A DNA stretch of 64,000 nt, from contig NC_091981.1 in the NCBI RefSeq assembly GCF_044704955.1, forward strand, positions 4,402,001 to 4,466,000. The letters run 5' to 3'. The notes beneath the pieces are model-generated. The model made no database searches and was not told the origin of the DNA. It was given only the letters and a program-made list of their open reading frames with translations. The DNA comes from Pristiophorus japonicus. Its lineage: Eukaryota. How positions within the stretch are numbered: position 1 is the first letter of the stretch; each line of letters opens with the position of its first letter. The translations under genes and the position numbers were made by a program. Positions 1 through 10,927 of this stretch are shown piece after piece.

Positions 1-38
1 TGGATAAGGATTACCATGTGGATTGCTATCAGTGTGAG
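1..38 (+). CDS. LIMD1: LIMD1 penultimate coding exon (partial, cut by window edge)
   Basis: Reads (M)DKDYHVDCYQCE, matching LIM3 of LIMD1/AJUBA/WTIP (human LIMD1 MDRDYHVECYHCE); ends at donor GAG|GTACGT, phase 0. Confidence 0.85.
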
Positions 39-75
39 GTACGTGTATCTGACGTCAAGTGACAAACCCAGTATT

Positions 76-351
76 AAAAACAGCGAATGCTGGAAACACT
101 CAGCGGGTCGGGCAGCATCTGTGAAGAGAGAAACAGAGTTAGCGTTTCGGGTCTGTGACCCTTCGTCAGAACTGGAGAAAGTTTGAAATGTGACGGGTTC
201 TTAAGGAGCACTGAAAGAACAAAAGGGAATCTGTTCTTTTCCGACTTCTCCCAGTTCTGACGCAGGGTCATCGACCTGAAACATTAACTCTGTTTCTCTC
301 CCCACAGACGCTGCCCGACCCGCTGAGTGTTTCCAGCATTTTCTGTTTTTT
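76..351. mobile_element. Palindromic Penelope-like/MITE-like repeat with ~100-bp inverted arms
   Basis: 76-178 (aaaaacagcgaatgctggaaacactcagcgggtcgggcagc...cagaactgg) is close to the reverse complement of 252-351; a single arm recurs at ~34305-34430. Family assignment is inference. Confidence 0.7.
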
Positions 352-639
352 AATTTTAGATTTCCAGTGTCCGCAGTATTTTGTTACCAGTATTAACAAA
401 TGCCGGGCAATAAAGAGCAGTTTTACACCAACCTGTTCGAAGGCTGAGCTTGTATTTCTCTGCTATAACGCACACGCAATCTTTCCATAACTTCTTTGAG
501 AGTAGTGTCACCATGCGATTCGGGAGATTTACGTTTGGATGTTGCCAACAGCATCTCCTTCCGTAGCCAACCAGCTCCCTCAACTAAGGATTCTTCACCG
601 TGCGTACAGTCGCAGTATTGTAGTGCAGTGATTATGTCA

Positions 640-1890
640 CATGGCCCCTCGAGCCTGCTCCGCCATTCAATAAGATCACGGCTGATCTTCGACCTCAACT
701 CCACTTTCCCGCCCGATCCCCATATCCCTCGATTCCCCGAGAGTCCAAAAATCTATCGATCGCAGCCTTGAATATACTCAACGACTCAACATCCACAGCC
801 CTCTGGGGCAGAGAATTCCAAAGATTCACCACCCTCTGAGTGAAGAAATTCCTCCTCATCTCAGTCCTAAATGGCCGACCCCTTATCCTGAGACTGTGAC
901 CCCTGGTTCTAGACTCTCCAGCCCGGGGGAAACATCCTCTCAGCATCTACCCTGTCAATCCCCCTCAGAATCTTGTATGTTTCAGTGAGATCACCTCTCA
1001 TTCTTCTAAACTCCAGAGTGTATCGGCCCAATCTACTCAATCTCTCCTCATAGGACAACCCAGGGATCAGTCTGGTGAATCTTCGTTGCACCACCTCCAA
1101 GGCAAGTATATCCTTCCCCTGATAAGAGAGTCAAGGGTTATGGGGAGCGGGCGGGGAAATGGAGTTGAGGCCAAGATTAGATCAGCCATGATCGTATTGA
1201 ATGGCGGAGCAGGCTCGAGGAGCCGTATGGCCAACTCCTGCTCCGATTTCTTATGTTCTTATGATGAGGATTTGAGTACAGGAGCAAGGATGTCTTACTC
1301 CAGTTATACAGGGCCCTGGTGAGACCACACCTGGAGTATTGTGTGCAGTTTTGGTCTCCTTACCTAAGGAAGGATATACTTGCCACAGAGGGAGTGCAGC
1401 GAAGGTTCACCAGACTGATTCCTGGGATGGGGGGACTGTGGTATGAGGAGAGATTGGGTCGACTGGGCCTGTATTCACTAAAGTTTAGAAGAAGGAGAGG
1501 GGATCTCATTGAAAGGTATAAAATTCTGACGGGGTTGGACAGACTGGATGTGGGGAGGATGTTTCCCCGGGACTGGGAAGTCTAGAACAAGGGGTCACAG
1601 TCTCAGAATACGGGGTAGGAAATTTAGGACCGAGATGAGGAGAAATGTTTTCACTCAGAGGGTGGTGAACCTGTGGAATTCTCTACCACAGAAGGCTGTG
1701 GAGGCCAAGTCACTGAATATATTTAAGAGGGAGACAGATAGATTTCTAGACACAAAAGGCATCAAGGGGTATGGGGAGAAAGCGGGAATATGGTGTTGAG
1801 ATAAAGGATCAGCCATGATCATATTGAATGGCGGTGCAGGCTCGAGGGGCCGAATGGCCTACTACTGCTCCTATTGTCTATGTTTCTATG
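640..1890. mobile_element. Cluster of CR1 LINE 3' fragments (640-1115 minus; ~1116-1890 plus)
   Basis: CR1 ORF2 C-terminal peptides RPHLEYCVQFW, TRGHSLRI, RRNFFTQRVVNLWNSLP; short tandem-repeat tails. Confidence 0.9.
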
Positions 1891-1982
1891 AGACCAATAC
1901 TGTGCACAGTACTCCTGCCCCATGAGTGATCGTCCTTCCAGTCTAAGCTCACGTCAGTGCTTGCTCTCCCCTCCGTTTCTAG

Positions 1983-2117
1983 GACTGCGGCATGGAGCTG
2001 AATGATGAGGAGGAACACCGCTGCTACCCACTGGATGGACACTTGCTCTGTCACGCCTGCCACCTGAAACACATCGAGAGCGGGGCCCCAGGCTCCACCT
2101 ACCAGCCCAAATACTAG
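1983..2117 (+). CDS. LIMD1: LIMD1 last coding exon (end of LIM3)
   Basis: Acceptor ctccgtttctAG|; translates DCGMELNDEEEHRCYPLDGHLLCHACHLKHIESGAPGSTYQPKY* (human LIMD1 DCGLELNDEDGHRCYPLEDHLFCHSCH); in frame with the 1-38 exon; position upstream of SACM1L favours LIMD1 over AJUBA/WTIP. Confidence 0.88.
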   Translation, partial: DCGMELNDEEEHRCYPLDGHLLCHACHLKHIESGAPGSTYQPKY

Positions 2118-2670
2118 GCCCCGCGACCAGGCGGCTCGCTGCCAGCCAGGATCAGAGCGACATCGGAGCGTCGGGACTCCCAGCGCAAAGGCGGTCCACA
2201 GGATGGGGGGGGGGGGCTCTCCAAGACAAAGTGCTTTGCTCCGTGGGAGAGGGACAAATCCACAGCAGAGGACTCCCTTTGGCTTTCAATCAGCGTGTTT
2301 ACGTTTTTCCAGATACTTTTATTCCAAAAACAAGAGGATGTGAATGATCTGAACGGCCGAGCTACGACAAAGCTTTGTTTTAGTGGACTGGAGTGCTCCC
2401 AAACCGCGAGACCCATTTTTGCCCCATCTCCTGTTTAAACGCGGTTTGCACGGATGTTCCAAAGCACGCGCATCTTCAAGAGAGATTTCACACGTTTGAA
2501 GCTGAGAATTTGTCGGGCAATGAATTTGAGCGGGCGGGAAGGGGTCGGTCTGGGCGATCGGGTAATCCCGTGACCGAGACAGAACTTTTCCCATGTTCTG
2601 CCTTCATTGTCGGGTGCTGTGATTTCTGCCGTTTCTTGGGACTGTTTCCCAGGCAAATGTATTTCGCTCG

Positions 2671-2880
2671 ATAATAACCTCTGTTACATACCTTCTCAAC
2701 TCTCGATAATAACCTCTGTTACATACCTTCTCAACTCTCGATAATAATCTCTGTTACATACTTTCTCAACTCTCGATAATAACCTCTGTTACATACTTTC
2801 TCAACTCTCGATAATAACCTCTGTTACATACTTTCTCAACTCTCGATAATAACCTCTGTTACATACCTTCTCAACTCTCC
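2671..2880 (+). repeat. 35-bp minisatellite, 6 copies
   Basis: Unit ataataacctctgttacatac(c/t)ttctcaactctcg starting at 2671, 2706, 2741, 2776, 2811, 2846. Confidence 0.95.
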
Positions 2881-2954
2881 TGATTCAGTCAGGGCATTAC
2901 AGATTTACTGGTTTAATTCCAACCATTTCTTCCTCTTCCAGTTTCTGATTGCGG

Positions 2955-3122
2955 TCTGTGTGTGTCCTTGTGTGTGCGTGTGTGTGTGTCTTTGTCTGTG
3001 TGTCCCTGTGTGTGTGGGTCCCTGTGTGTCTGTCTGTCTGTGTGTGTGTGTGTGTGTGTGTCTTTGCCTGTATGTCCCTGTGTGTGTGGGTCCCTGTGTG
3101 TCTGTCTGTGTTTGTGTGTGTC
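2955..3122. repeat. Imperfect (GT)n/(GTCT)n microsatellite with an internal duplication
   Basis: Seen directly in the sequence. Confidence 0.9.
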
Positions 3123-4172
3123 CTCCAAACTGCCCCTTGAAACTTCCTGTGCATTGTCTAATTGTCTGCTGCACTGTAGAATAACAGCAGCAACTCTCAT
3201 TGGAGTTGTTTGTTAAAAAAGTGATGCTGTTGGTCCGAGGGGGACTTTTTTTGTTGTTGAGTGTTTGAGGGATAAATTCTGGAATGTGCTTAAATTGTAT
3301 TTTTCACAATTCTCAAATCCGAGATCTATGACCCCTTTGCCTGTAACGTTCCCCCTAATTTTCTCTTTTTTGGGGTCCCTTTAATGGGCTGTGCACCGCA
3401 CGGTAATTTCTACGCGGTAGAGCCGTAAGATCGGTGATCGGTGCACGGATCCGTGGGGTCGGTGCGGGGGGATTGGTGCGGGGTGGGGGTTCGGTGCGGG
3501 GGGGGATCGGTGCAGAGACTCCCGGGGTCGGGGCATGGCCCCGGGGCTCGAAGGGAGCGTTGCCGTATGTTTCCACGTTCAATACTTTAATCGGGCTGAA
3601 CTCATTCCGGACCGAAGAATCTCCGGAGACGTGGAAAGGTGAACAAATTAAGCTCGTTCTCGGTCAAAAGCCCCTTTAAATTAAAGAACTTTTTGTCGGA
3701 AGGTGCTTTTAATTATTTTTAAATTCTCCCAAAATTTCAATCGATAGACTTTAATAAAAAAAAATGTTAAATTGCCAACCCACTTCCAAAATGTACTGGG
3801 CTCTGGTTTTATGGGAAGGCTGTCACTCCGGCAGCCAAATTCCTCTGAACAAAAAAGATGGGATAATGACATTCTCCGAAATGTTTCTGTACATATTGGC
3901 CCTGTTTGTATTTGATGGAACCCTAGCAAAGTATTAAACTCATTAGAAGCAGATCCATGGCGTATAACCTTAAGGACAAAAACAACATGAATAATAGGAT
4001 TAAAAAATAAAGCAAATATTACATTATTTAAATATCCATGGCACAACATGCAGTAATTATGGTGTCCCTGGTTTGGGCTACTTCGACCTGTTATAATTTT
4101 AAGGAAAGCGTTCACAAGTGCGGGGTGGGTGATTTAATCTCCTAGAATCTGAATTCAAATTCAACCCAAACT

Positions 4173-4680
4173 ATGGAACACTCTCCACTTGCCTGGATGA
4201 GTTGCAGCTCCAACAACACTCAAGAAGCTCGACACCATCCAGGACAAAGCAGCCCGCTTGATCGACACGCTACCCACCACCTTCAACATTCACTCCCTCC
4301 ACCACCGGCGCACCGTGGCTGCAGTGTGCACCATCTACAAGATGCACTGCAGCAACTCGCCAAGGCTTCTTCGGCAGCACCTCCCAAACCCGCGACCTCT
4401 TCCACCTAGAAGGACAAGGGCAGCAGGTACATGGGAACACCACCACCTCCACGTTCCCCTCCCAGTCACACACCATCCTGACTTGGAAATATATCGGCCG
4501 TTCCTTCATCGTCGCTGGGTCACAATCCTGGAACTCCCTCCCGAACAGCACTGTGGGAGCACCTTCACCACACGGACTGCAGCGGTTCAAGAAGGCGGCT
4601 CACCACCACCTTCTCAAGGGGCAATTAGGGATGGGCAATAAATGCCGGCCCTGCCAGCGACGCCCACATCCCAGGCACAA
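4173..4680 (+). mobile_element. 3' end of a non-LTR LINE (CR1/L2 group, family undetermined)
   Basis: Peptide SLHHRRTVAAVCTIYKMHCSNSP; further copies on minus at ~34845-35410, ~54495-54750 and ~59840-60330. Confidence 0.8.
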
Positions 4681-4739
4681 ATCTTTTAAAAAACAGATGG
4701 AATGGAAGTCCCTTTGTTTGGTCTAAGAGTTCTGTGTGA

Positions 4740-6160
4740 AGGCTATTTACAATCTATATTAATGACTTGGATGAAGGGACCGAGTGTAATGTAGCCAAGT
4801 TTGCTGATGATACAAAGATGGATGGGAAAGCAAATTGTGAGATGGACACAAAGAATCTGCAAAGGGATTCAAACAGGCTCAGTGAGTGGGCAAAAATTTA
4901 GCAGAAGGACTATAAGGTGGGAAAATGTGAGGTTATCCACATTGGTAGGAAAAATAGAAACACAAATTATTATTTAAGTGCGGCGCTGTGGTACAGAGGG
5001 ATCTGGGGGTCCTTGTACATAAAACACAAAAAGTTAGTATGCAGGTACAGCAAGTGATCATGAAGGCAATTGGAATGTTGGCCTTTATTGCAAGGGGGAT
5101 GGAGTATAAAAGCAGAGAAGTCCTGCTACAACTGTACAGGGTATTGATGAGACCACACCTGGAGTACTGCGTGCAGTTTTGGTCTCCTTTTTACGGAGGG
5201 ATATACTTGCATTGGAGGCAGTTCAGAGAAGGTTCGTGAGCTTGATTCCTGAGATGAAAGGGCTGACTTATGAAGAAAGGTTGAGCCTGTACTCATTGGA
5301 GTTTAGAAGAATGAAAGGTGATCTTACTGAAACATATAAGATTCTGAGGGGGCTGGACAGGGTTGATGCAGAGAGGATGTTTCCCCTCATGAGGGAATCT
5401 AGAACTAGGGGGCATAGTCTCAGAATAAGGGGTCGCCCATTTAAAACTGAGATGAGGAGGAATTTCTTCTCTGAGGTTGTGAATCTTTGGAATTCTCTGC
5501 CCCAGAGAGCTGTGGAGGCTGGGTCATTGAATATATTTAAGGAGGAGATCGACAGATTTTTGAACGATAAAGGAGTCAAGGGTTATGCGGATCGGGCAGG
5601 GAAGTGGAGCTGAGTCCATGATCAGATCAGCCATGATATTGAATGGCGGAGCAGGCTCGAGGGGCCGAATGGCTGACCCCTGCTCCTATATCATGTTCCA
5701 GGGATGAGGGACTTCAGTTACGGGGATAGACTGGAGAAGCTGGGGTTGTTCTCCTTGGAGCAGAGAAGATTGAGAGGAGATTTGATCGAGGCGTTCAAAA
5801 TCATGAGGGGTCTGGACAGAGTAGATCGAGAGAAACTGTTCCCATTGGTGGAAGGGTGGAGAACCAGAGGACACAGATTTAAGGCGATTGACAGAAGAAC
5901 CAAAGGCGACATGAGGGAAAACGTTTTTACGCAGCAAGTGGTTAGGATCTGGAATGCGCTGCCTGAGAGGGTGGTGGAGGCAGACTCAATCGCGGCTTTC
6001 AAAAGGGAGTTGGATAAGTACCTGAAGGAAAGAATATTGCAGGGGTACGGGGAAAGGGCGGGGGAGGGGGACTGGCTGAGGGGCTCTTGCAGAGAGCCGG
6101 CACGGGCTCGACGGGCCGAATGGCGGCCTCCTGTGCTGTAACCGTTCTGTGATTCTATGG
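4740..6160 (+). mobile_element. Two tandem CR1 fragments from different subfamilies
   Basis: RT motif region (aagtttgctgatgatacaaag = KFADDTK) and ORF2 C-terminus with frameshifts. Confidence 0.9.
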
Positions 6161-6224
6161 AATGAAGTTAGACAATATTCTGATGGATGCAATCCTACAC
6201 CGTGAATGTTGCAACTAGAAGGAC

Positions 6225-6435
6225 TGATCGAGTCTCGTCGCCGAGAGCATGCAGAAACCAAGCGGAAGGAGCGTGCGGCAAACCAGTCCCACCCACCCTT
6301 TCCTTCATCCACTGTCTGTCCCACCTGTGACAGAGACTGTAATTCCTGTATTGGACTGTACAGCTACCTGAGAACTCACTTTTGGAATGGAAGCAAGTCT
6401 TCCTCGACTCTGAGGGACTGCCTATGATGATGATG
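6225..6435 (+). mobile_element. RTE LINE 3' end
   Basis: C-terminal C2H2-like peptide CPTCDRDCNSCIGLYSYLRTH and (GAT)n tail. Confidence 0.8.
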
Positions 6436-7009
6436 TACATATATGAGCCATCCATCAAGTGTGGTTGGAGTTGATTGTCTAAATTTGGGCGACAGCATGT
6501 TACTGGGAACTTTCCACTTGGCATGTCATTTTTCTGTTATACAGCAGTGTTTTTTTTCTGGAGCAGTGCATGGGAAAACATTACTGGCAAGAGATTGCAT
6601 TTTTATCCTTGTCCACAACCTCCGATAGGGAATCTGAGAGGGGTTGGGAGACCAATACACAGTATTCCTGGCGTCTTTCCCAATTTTCCCCTGTGGTTTG
6701 AGGACTTGCAATCAACGAAAAGGATAAATTGCAGAAAATAGCTGCTGTTGTGATTATAGAGGTTACATGTTTGCTACAAATTTAAATTTTAAAAGATTAT
6801 ATATAAATATTTTATTCGAACACCAACGTTATATTGAAAAAGATTAAATGAGAGAGTACGGATCTTTGGGGCTTTCTGGAGCATTTTTTAAATTTAAGCT
6901 TCAAACAATCCTAATAAGACGTAAGGATTTTGAGACCAGGATTTCTCCATAGACGCCATTAATGGCACTTAATTACTGACTGACTAATATAGGCGTGTCA
7001 TATATACAC

Positions 7010-7335
7010 AAGAATCAGGAGCAGGAGTCAGCCACATGGCCCTCTCGAACCTGCCCCACCGTTCAATAAGATCACGGCTGATCTTCGACCTCAACTCCAC
7101 TTTCCCGCCCGATCCCCATATCCCTCGATTCCCCGAGAGTCCAAAAATCTATCGATCTCAGCCTTGAATATACTCAACGACTCAGCATCCACAGCCCTCT
7201 GGGGCAGAGAATTCCAAAGATTCACCACCCTCTGAGTGAAGAAATTCCTCCTCATCTCAGTCCTAAATGGCCAACCCCTTATCCTGAGACTGTGAGCCCT
7301 GGTTCTAGACTCTCCAGCCCGGGGGAAACATCCTC
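7010..7335 (-). mobile_element. CR1 3' fragment
   Basis: ORF 7091-7342 peptide is nearly identical to other CR1 copies. Confidence 0.85.
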
Positions 7336-7339
7336 TCAG

Positions 7340-8070
7340 CATCTACTCTGTCAAGCGATGGCACTGAGCACCACTGGCATAGGCAACAGGATGGTGCGTT
7401 TTCCCACCCGGACCTCATCCCATCTGGGGAGCCACCGTCGGTTATCCGAGGCCCTTTTGTCTACACAGTCTTACCCCCCCCCCCCCCCCAACCTCCGGAG
7501 GAGCAGTTACGCAGTGCGCATTGAACCACCTAACCTCCACAGGCAACATGGAATGTCTACCAGGAACACCTGGACCTGGATGATGTCACTCTTCGCTGCC
7601 GTCGCCCTCCTGCACCAGCTTGCGCTGCTCCCTGGAGTAGTACGCCTCCATGTGATTGGAGCGTGGGCAGATACAGCAGGAGCGGCGAGAGATGTGGAAC
7701 GATGTGATCGGGGCCCAGGGGAGGCGAGGGCCCAGGTTCCAGGAGAGACGAGGGGCCCAGGGGCAGCACGGGCCCAGCCCACACTGCGATATGTGGGCGC
7801 ACTGGGTCCGTGCAGCAGAGAAGGTCTCCAGTCATCCTGGTTAACCCTTGCCACTGGACCAAGACCTCGCTCTGTCAAGCCCCGTGTGGTGGCTGGTGTC
7901 CAACGGTCACCCCACGTTAAAAAAATCCACGCACAGGCATCTTCCACCCTTCAGGATGTAGTTCGGGATCTGGAATATTAGGTCCTTCATTGAAACACCT
8001 GAGAACTCATCCCTTTTTTTAGTGTGGAAGCAGATCATCCTCGCTTCGAGTAACCGCCTGCGAAGATGAT
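7340..8070 (+). mobile_element. Non-autonomous retroelement (SINE-like) with an RTE-type 3' tail
   Basis: Ends gtggaagcagatcatcctcgcttcgag...gatgatga like the RTE tails; second copy at 17342-17697; 5' boundary uncertain. Confidence 0.65.
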
Positions 8071-8954
8071 GACCAGGTCCTTCACCCACTCCACTGCCAC
8101 CAATGATACTGTGACTTCCACTTGACACTGCCCTGCAACAGCGCAGCGAAGGTTGGTAACTGAGTGAGTGGTGGATTGTACGCAAGTCCCAGGGCTCCCT
8201 CACACCGTACTTTGGTGCTTCAACGTGCTGTGACGTCACCGAGAAATCCGATGGGGAATTCAGAAGAAACTTCTTTCCCCAGAGAGGGGTGAGAATGTGG
8301 AACTTGCTGCCACAGGGAGGGGTTGAGGCGAATAGTATCGATGTATTTAAGGGGAGGCTGGACAAGCCAATGGAGGAGAAGGGAATAGAGGGTTATGGTG
8401 ATAGATTTAGATGGGGAAAGACGGGAGGAGGCTGGAGTGCGGCATAGATGCCGGCACGGACTGGTTGGGCCCAGTGGCCTGTTTCTGGGCCGTATATCCC
8501 GTGCATTGCCACCATCTCCTGCCTTGGCAGAAAGATTTGTGACATCAAATACTGGTCGACCATGAAGGACCCACCTTCTGGACGTAGATTGATTTGAGGG
8601 TTGCCCGGTTGAAGAACGATGGAGCAACAAGAACTTAAATTTATATAGTGCCTTTAATGTGGAAAAATGTCCCAAGGTGCTTCAGAGAGTCACAATCATT
8701 ATGCAGGGCTAGGGTCACAAGAGTGCAAATGTAATTTTTTGCAGTTGATTCCAAGTCAGTCCCACTGGTATTCCAAATTGCAATTAGGCACTTTTTCTAA
8801 AGGGCCGTGAATGTAAAAAATTGGTTTCCAATTAACGAACAGCTCCATGTGAATTGAAGTTAAACTGCCACAGATAACGGGATGCAAGTTTCACTACACC
8901 CTGTCTTGGAAGCACTTAACTTCCTTACCTCGCTCAGGCTCTGTGGCACCTGCA

Positions 8955-9503
8955 TTCTGGATCACTGTGCAAAGTTTTGGTCTCTGCATCTGAGGAAAGA
9001 TATACTTAAAGATAGTGCACGGAGGTTCACTGGATTGGTTCCTGAGATCAGAGGGGTGTCCTATGAGCAGAGATTGAGTAGATTGGGCCGATACTCTCTG
9101 GAGTTTAGAAGAATGAGAGGTGACCTCATTGAAACATACAAGATTCTGAGGGGGATTGACAGGATAGATGCTGAGAGGATGTTTCCCCCCGGGCTGGAGA
9201 GTCTAGAACCAGGGGTCACAGTCTCAGGATAAGGGCTCGGCCATTTAGGACTGAGATGAGGAGGAATTTCTTCACTCAGAGGGTGGTGAATCTTTGGAAT
9301 TCTCTGCCCCAGAGGGCTGTGGATGCTGAGTCGTTGAGTATATTCAAGGCTGAGATCGATAGATTGTTGGACTCTCGGGGAATCGAGGGATATGGGGATC
9401 GGGCGGGAAAGTGGAGTTGAGGTCGAAGATCAGCCGTGATCTTATTGAATGGTGGAGCAGGCTCGAGGGGCCGAATGGCCGACTCCTGCTCCTAATTCTT
9501 ATG
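8955..9503 (+). mobile_element. CR1 3' fragment
   Basis: CR1 ORF2 C-terminal motifs and tail. Confidence 0.85.
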
Positions 9504-9784
9504 TTGGCAAGAACTCGGATTTATGAATCCTGTGTAAACACTCCCCTTCTTTCTTCGTCCAGGATATGGCTGACTGACTAGTGAGGGAACCTGTCCAAGC
9601 TTTATGTTTTGTTTGTGATACTAGGGACTTCCCCTCGAGGTATTTTTCTCTCCGACGCCTTCGTGTGGTTTTCCGGAACAATCCGCACACCACAAAACAG
9701 ACAGATGTGGTCTTTCCCAGCCTTGGGCTGAGCTGCTGCTTAATCCAGCTGCACAGCGATTACCTGCCCCCGGATTTAACCTCC

Positions 9785-10026
9785 TGTGGTGTATTCGCTT
9801 CATGGGTTCTTTGCTTAAGAATTCATAGCAACACATTGCTATCAAGAACTAGTTGGTTTATTAGCAAAGGTTTAACAATCACAATACACATTACCAGTTC
9901 ATCCACCAGGCTCACAACCATCTGCTCCATCATGGATCCCCCGTACCCAACTGGCTGGGGTTTTATTGAGTCTTGTGAACTTCACTGTGACTGGCTAAGC
10001 CACTCCCAACTCAACAGCTCTACAAC
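9785..10026 (-). mobile_element. Truncated LTR-like repeat, same family as 17250-17854
   Basis: Shares catagcaacacattgct...gaactagttggtttattagc...gactggctaagccactccc with the 17250 copy. Confidence 0.65.
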
Positions 10027-10029
10027 TAT

Positions 10030-10665
10030 TTTAATTATAACTTTAAGCCAACTGCTCCCTTTGGTATAACTTTAAGCCAGCTGCACCAAAACCCACAAAT
10101 TAGCAAATAAACATTAAAGGGAACTTCGTCAAATCAAATTAAAATTTGGTTGCCCGGGGTGATGATGCACTCCAGTCCCTCCGGCGCCCACCTTTTGTGG
10201 AATGCCGTGAGCGTACCGGTGGACACCGCGTGCTCCACCTCCGGGGACACCCTGACTCGGATGTAACCACGGAAGAGAGGCAGGCAGTCGAGCTGAACGA
10301 CTCCCTCGACCGCCCACTGCCTGGACTTGGCCGTGCCCAGGAGCAGTCCTACAAGGAGGCCTTCCGACCTGCCCACTCCCCTCTGCACAGGGTGCCCAAA
10401 GATCAGGAGTATGGGATTGAAGTGCAACCAGAATTTAAGGAGCAGCCCCTTCAAATATTGAACGAGGGGCTGCAACCTGACACACTGAACATACACGTGG
10501 AACACGGACTCCTCCAGACCGCAGAAATTACAGGCGGCCTGGGAGTCTGTGAACTTATTGCATGGGACTGCTCCGTGTAACACCCTCCAGGCTAAGCACC
10601 CAATAAATAAAGGGAGGATTCCCACGTAGAGAACACTCCATTGGGGACCCCCACCTCCTCCAGAC
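10030..10665 (-). mobile_element. Tx1/L1-clade LINE ORF2 C-terminus and 3' UTR
   Basis: LAWRVLHGAVPCN...CNFCGLEESVFHVYVQC is the CCHC zinc finger typical of L1/Tx1 ORF2; the same 3' sequence occurs at 20345-20646. Confidence 0.75.
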
Positions 10666-10724
10666 GGCAAAATGGAGCAACCATTTGGGTGCAAGTCCCA
10701 CTCCAGAAAATTGAGCACGGAAAT

Positions 10725-10927
10725 TGTTGTGTATGCAATAACTGTTAGACTGAGTACTATTTAACTCCAAGAGGTATGACCTTGGCTCTGTTTTATTAAG
10801 GCCCAAAGTGACTAAAAGGCCAGCCATTTTTTTTTATACTTGGGTTGCACACAAGTGCGTGCAGCCCAATGGCCTCCAACAGTGAAGCCATCTAATGGCT
10901 AGTGATCCCAAAAGTACATACATGACA
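10725..10927 (-). mobile_element. 3' LTR of the Gypsy element
   Basis: TG...CA termini with an imperfect 11-bp inverted repeat (tgttgtgtatg / catacatgaca); TATAAAA and AATAAA on minus; purine-rich PPT-like tract just upstream on minus. Confidence 0.7.

Larger units (their letters stand above)
2118..4030 (+). other. LIMD1: Probable LIMD1 3' UTR
   Basis: Largely TE-free stretch after the stop; AATAAA at 3753-3758 and 4006-4011; end point inferred. Confidence 0.55.

Noticed and set aside
433-584. Possible minus-strand exon (ttag|...AACAG|GTTGGT, open frame)
   Set aside because: Weak pyrimidine tract, no recognisable protein, no partner exons; lies in the LIMD1 last intron
2671-2880. CRISPR-like 35-bp repeats
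   Set aside because: No spacers; eukaryotic minisatellite
3681-4115. 144-aa minus-strand ORF
   Set aside because: Non-ATG start, no recognisable homology, AT-rich antisense of the inferred UTR end
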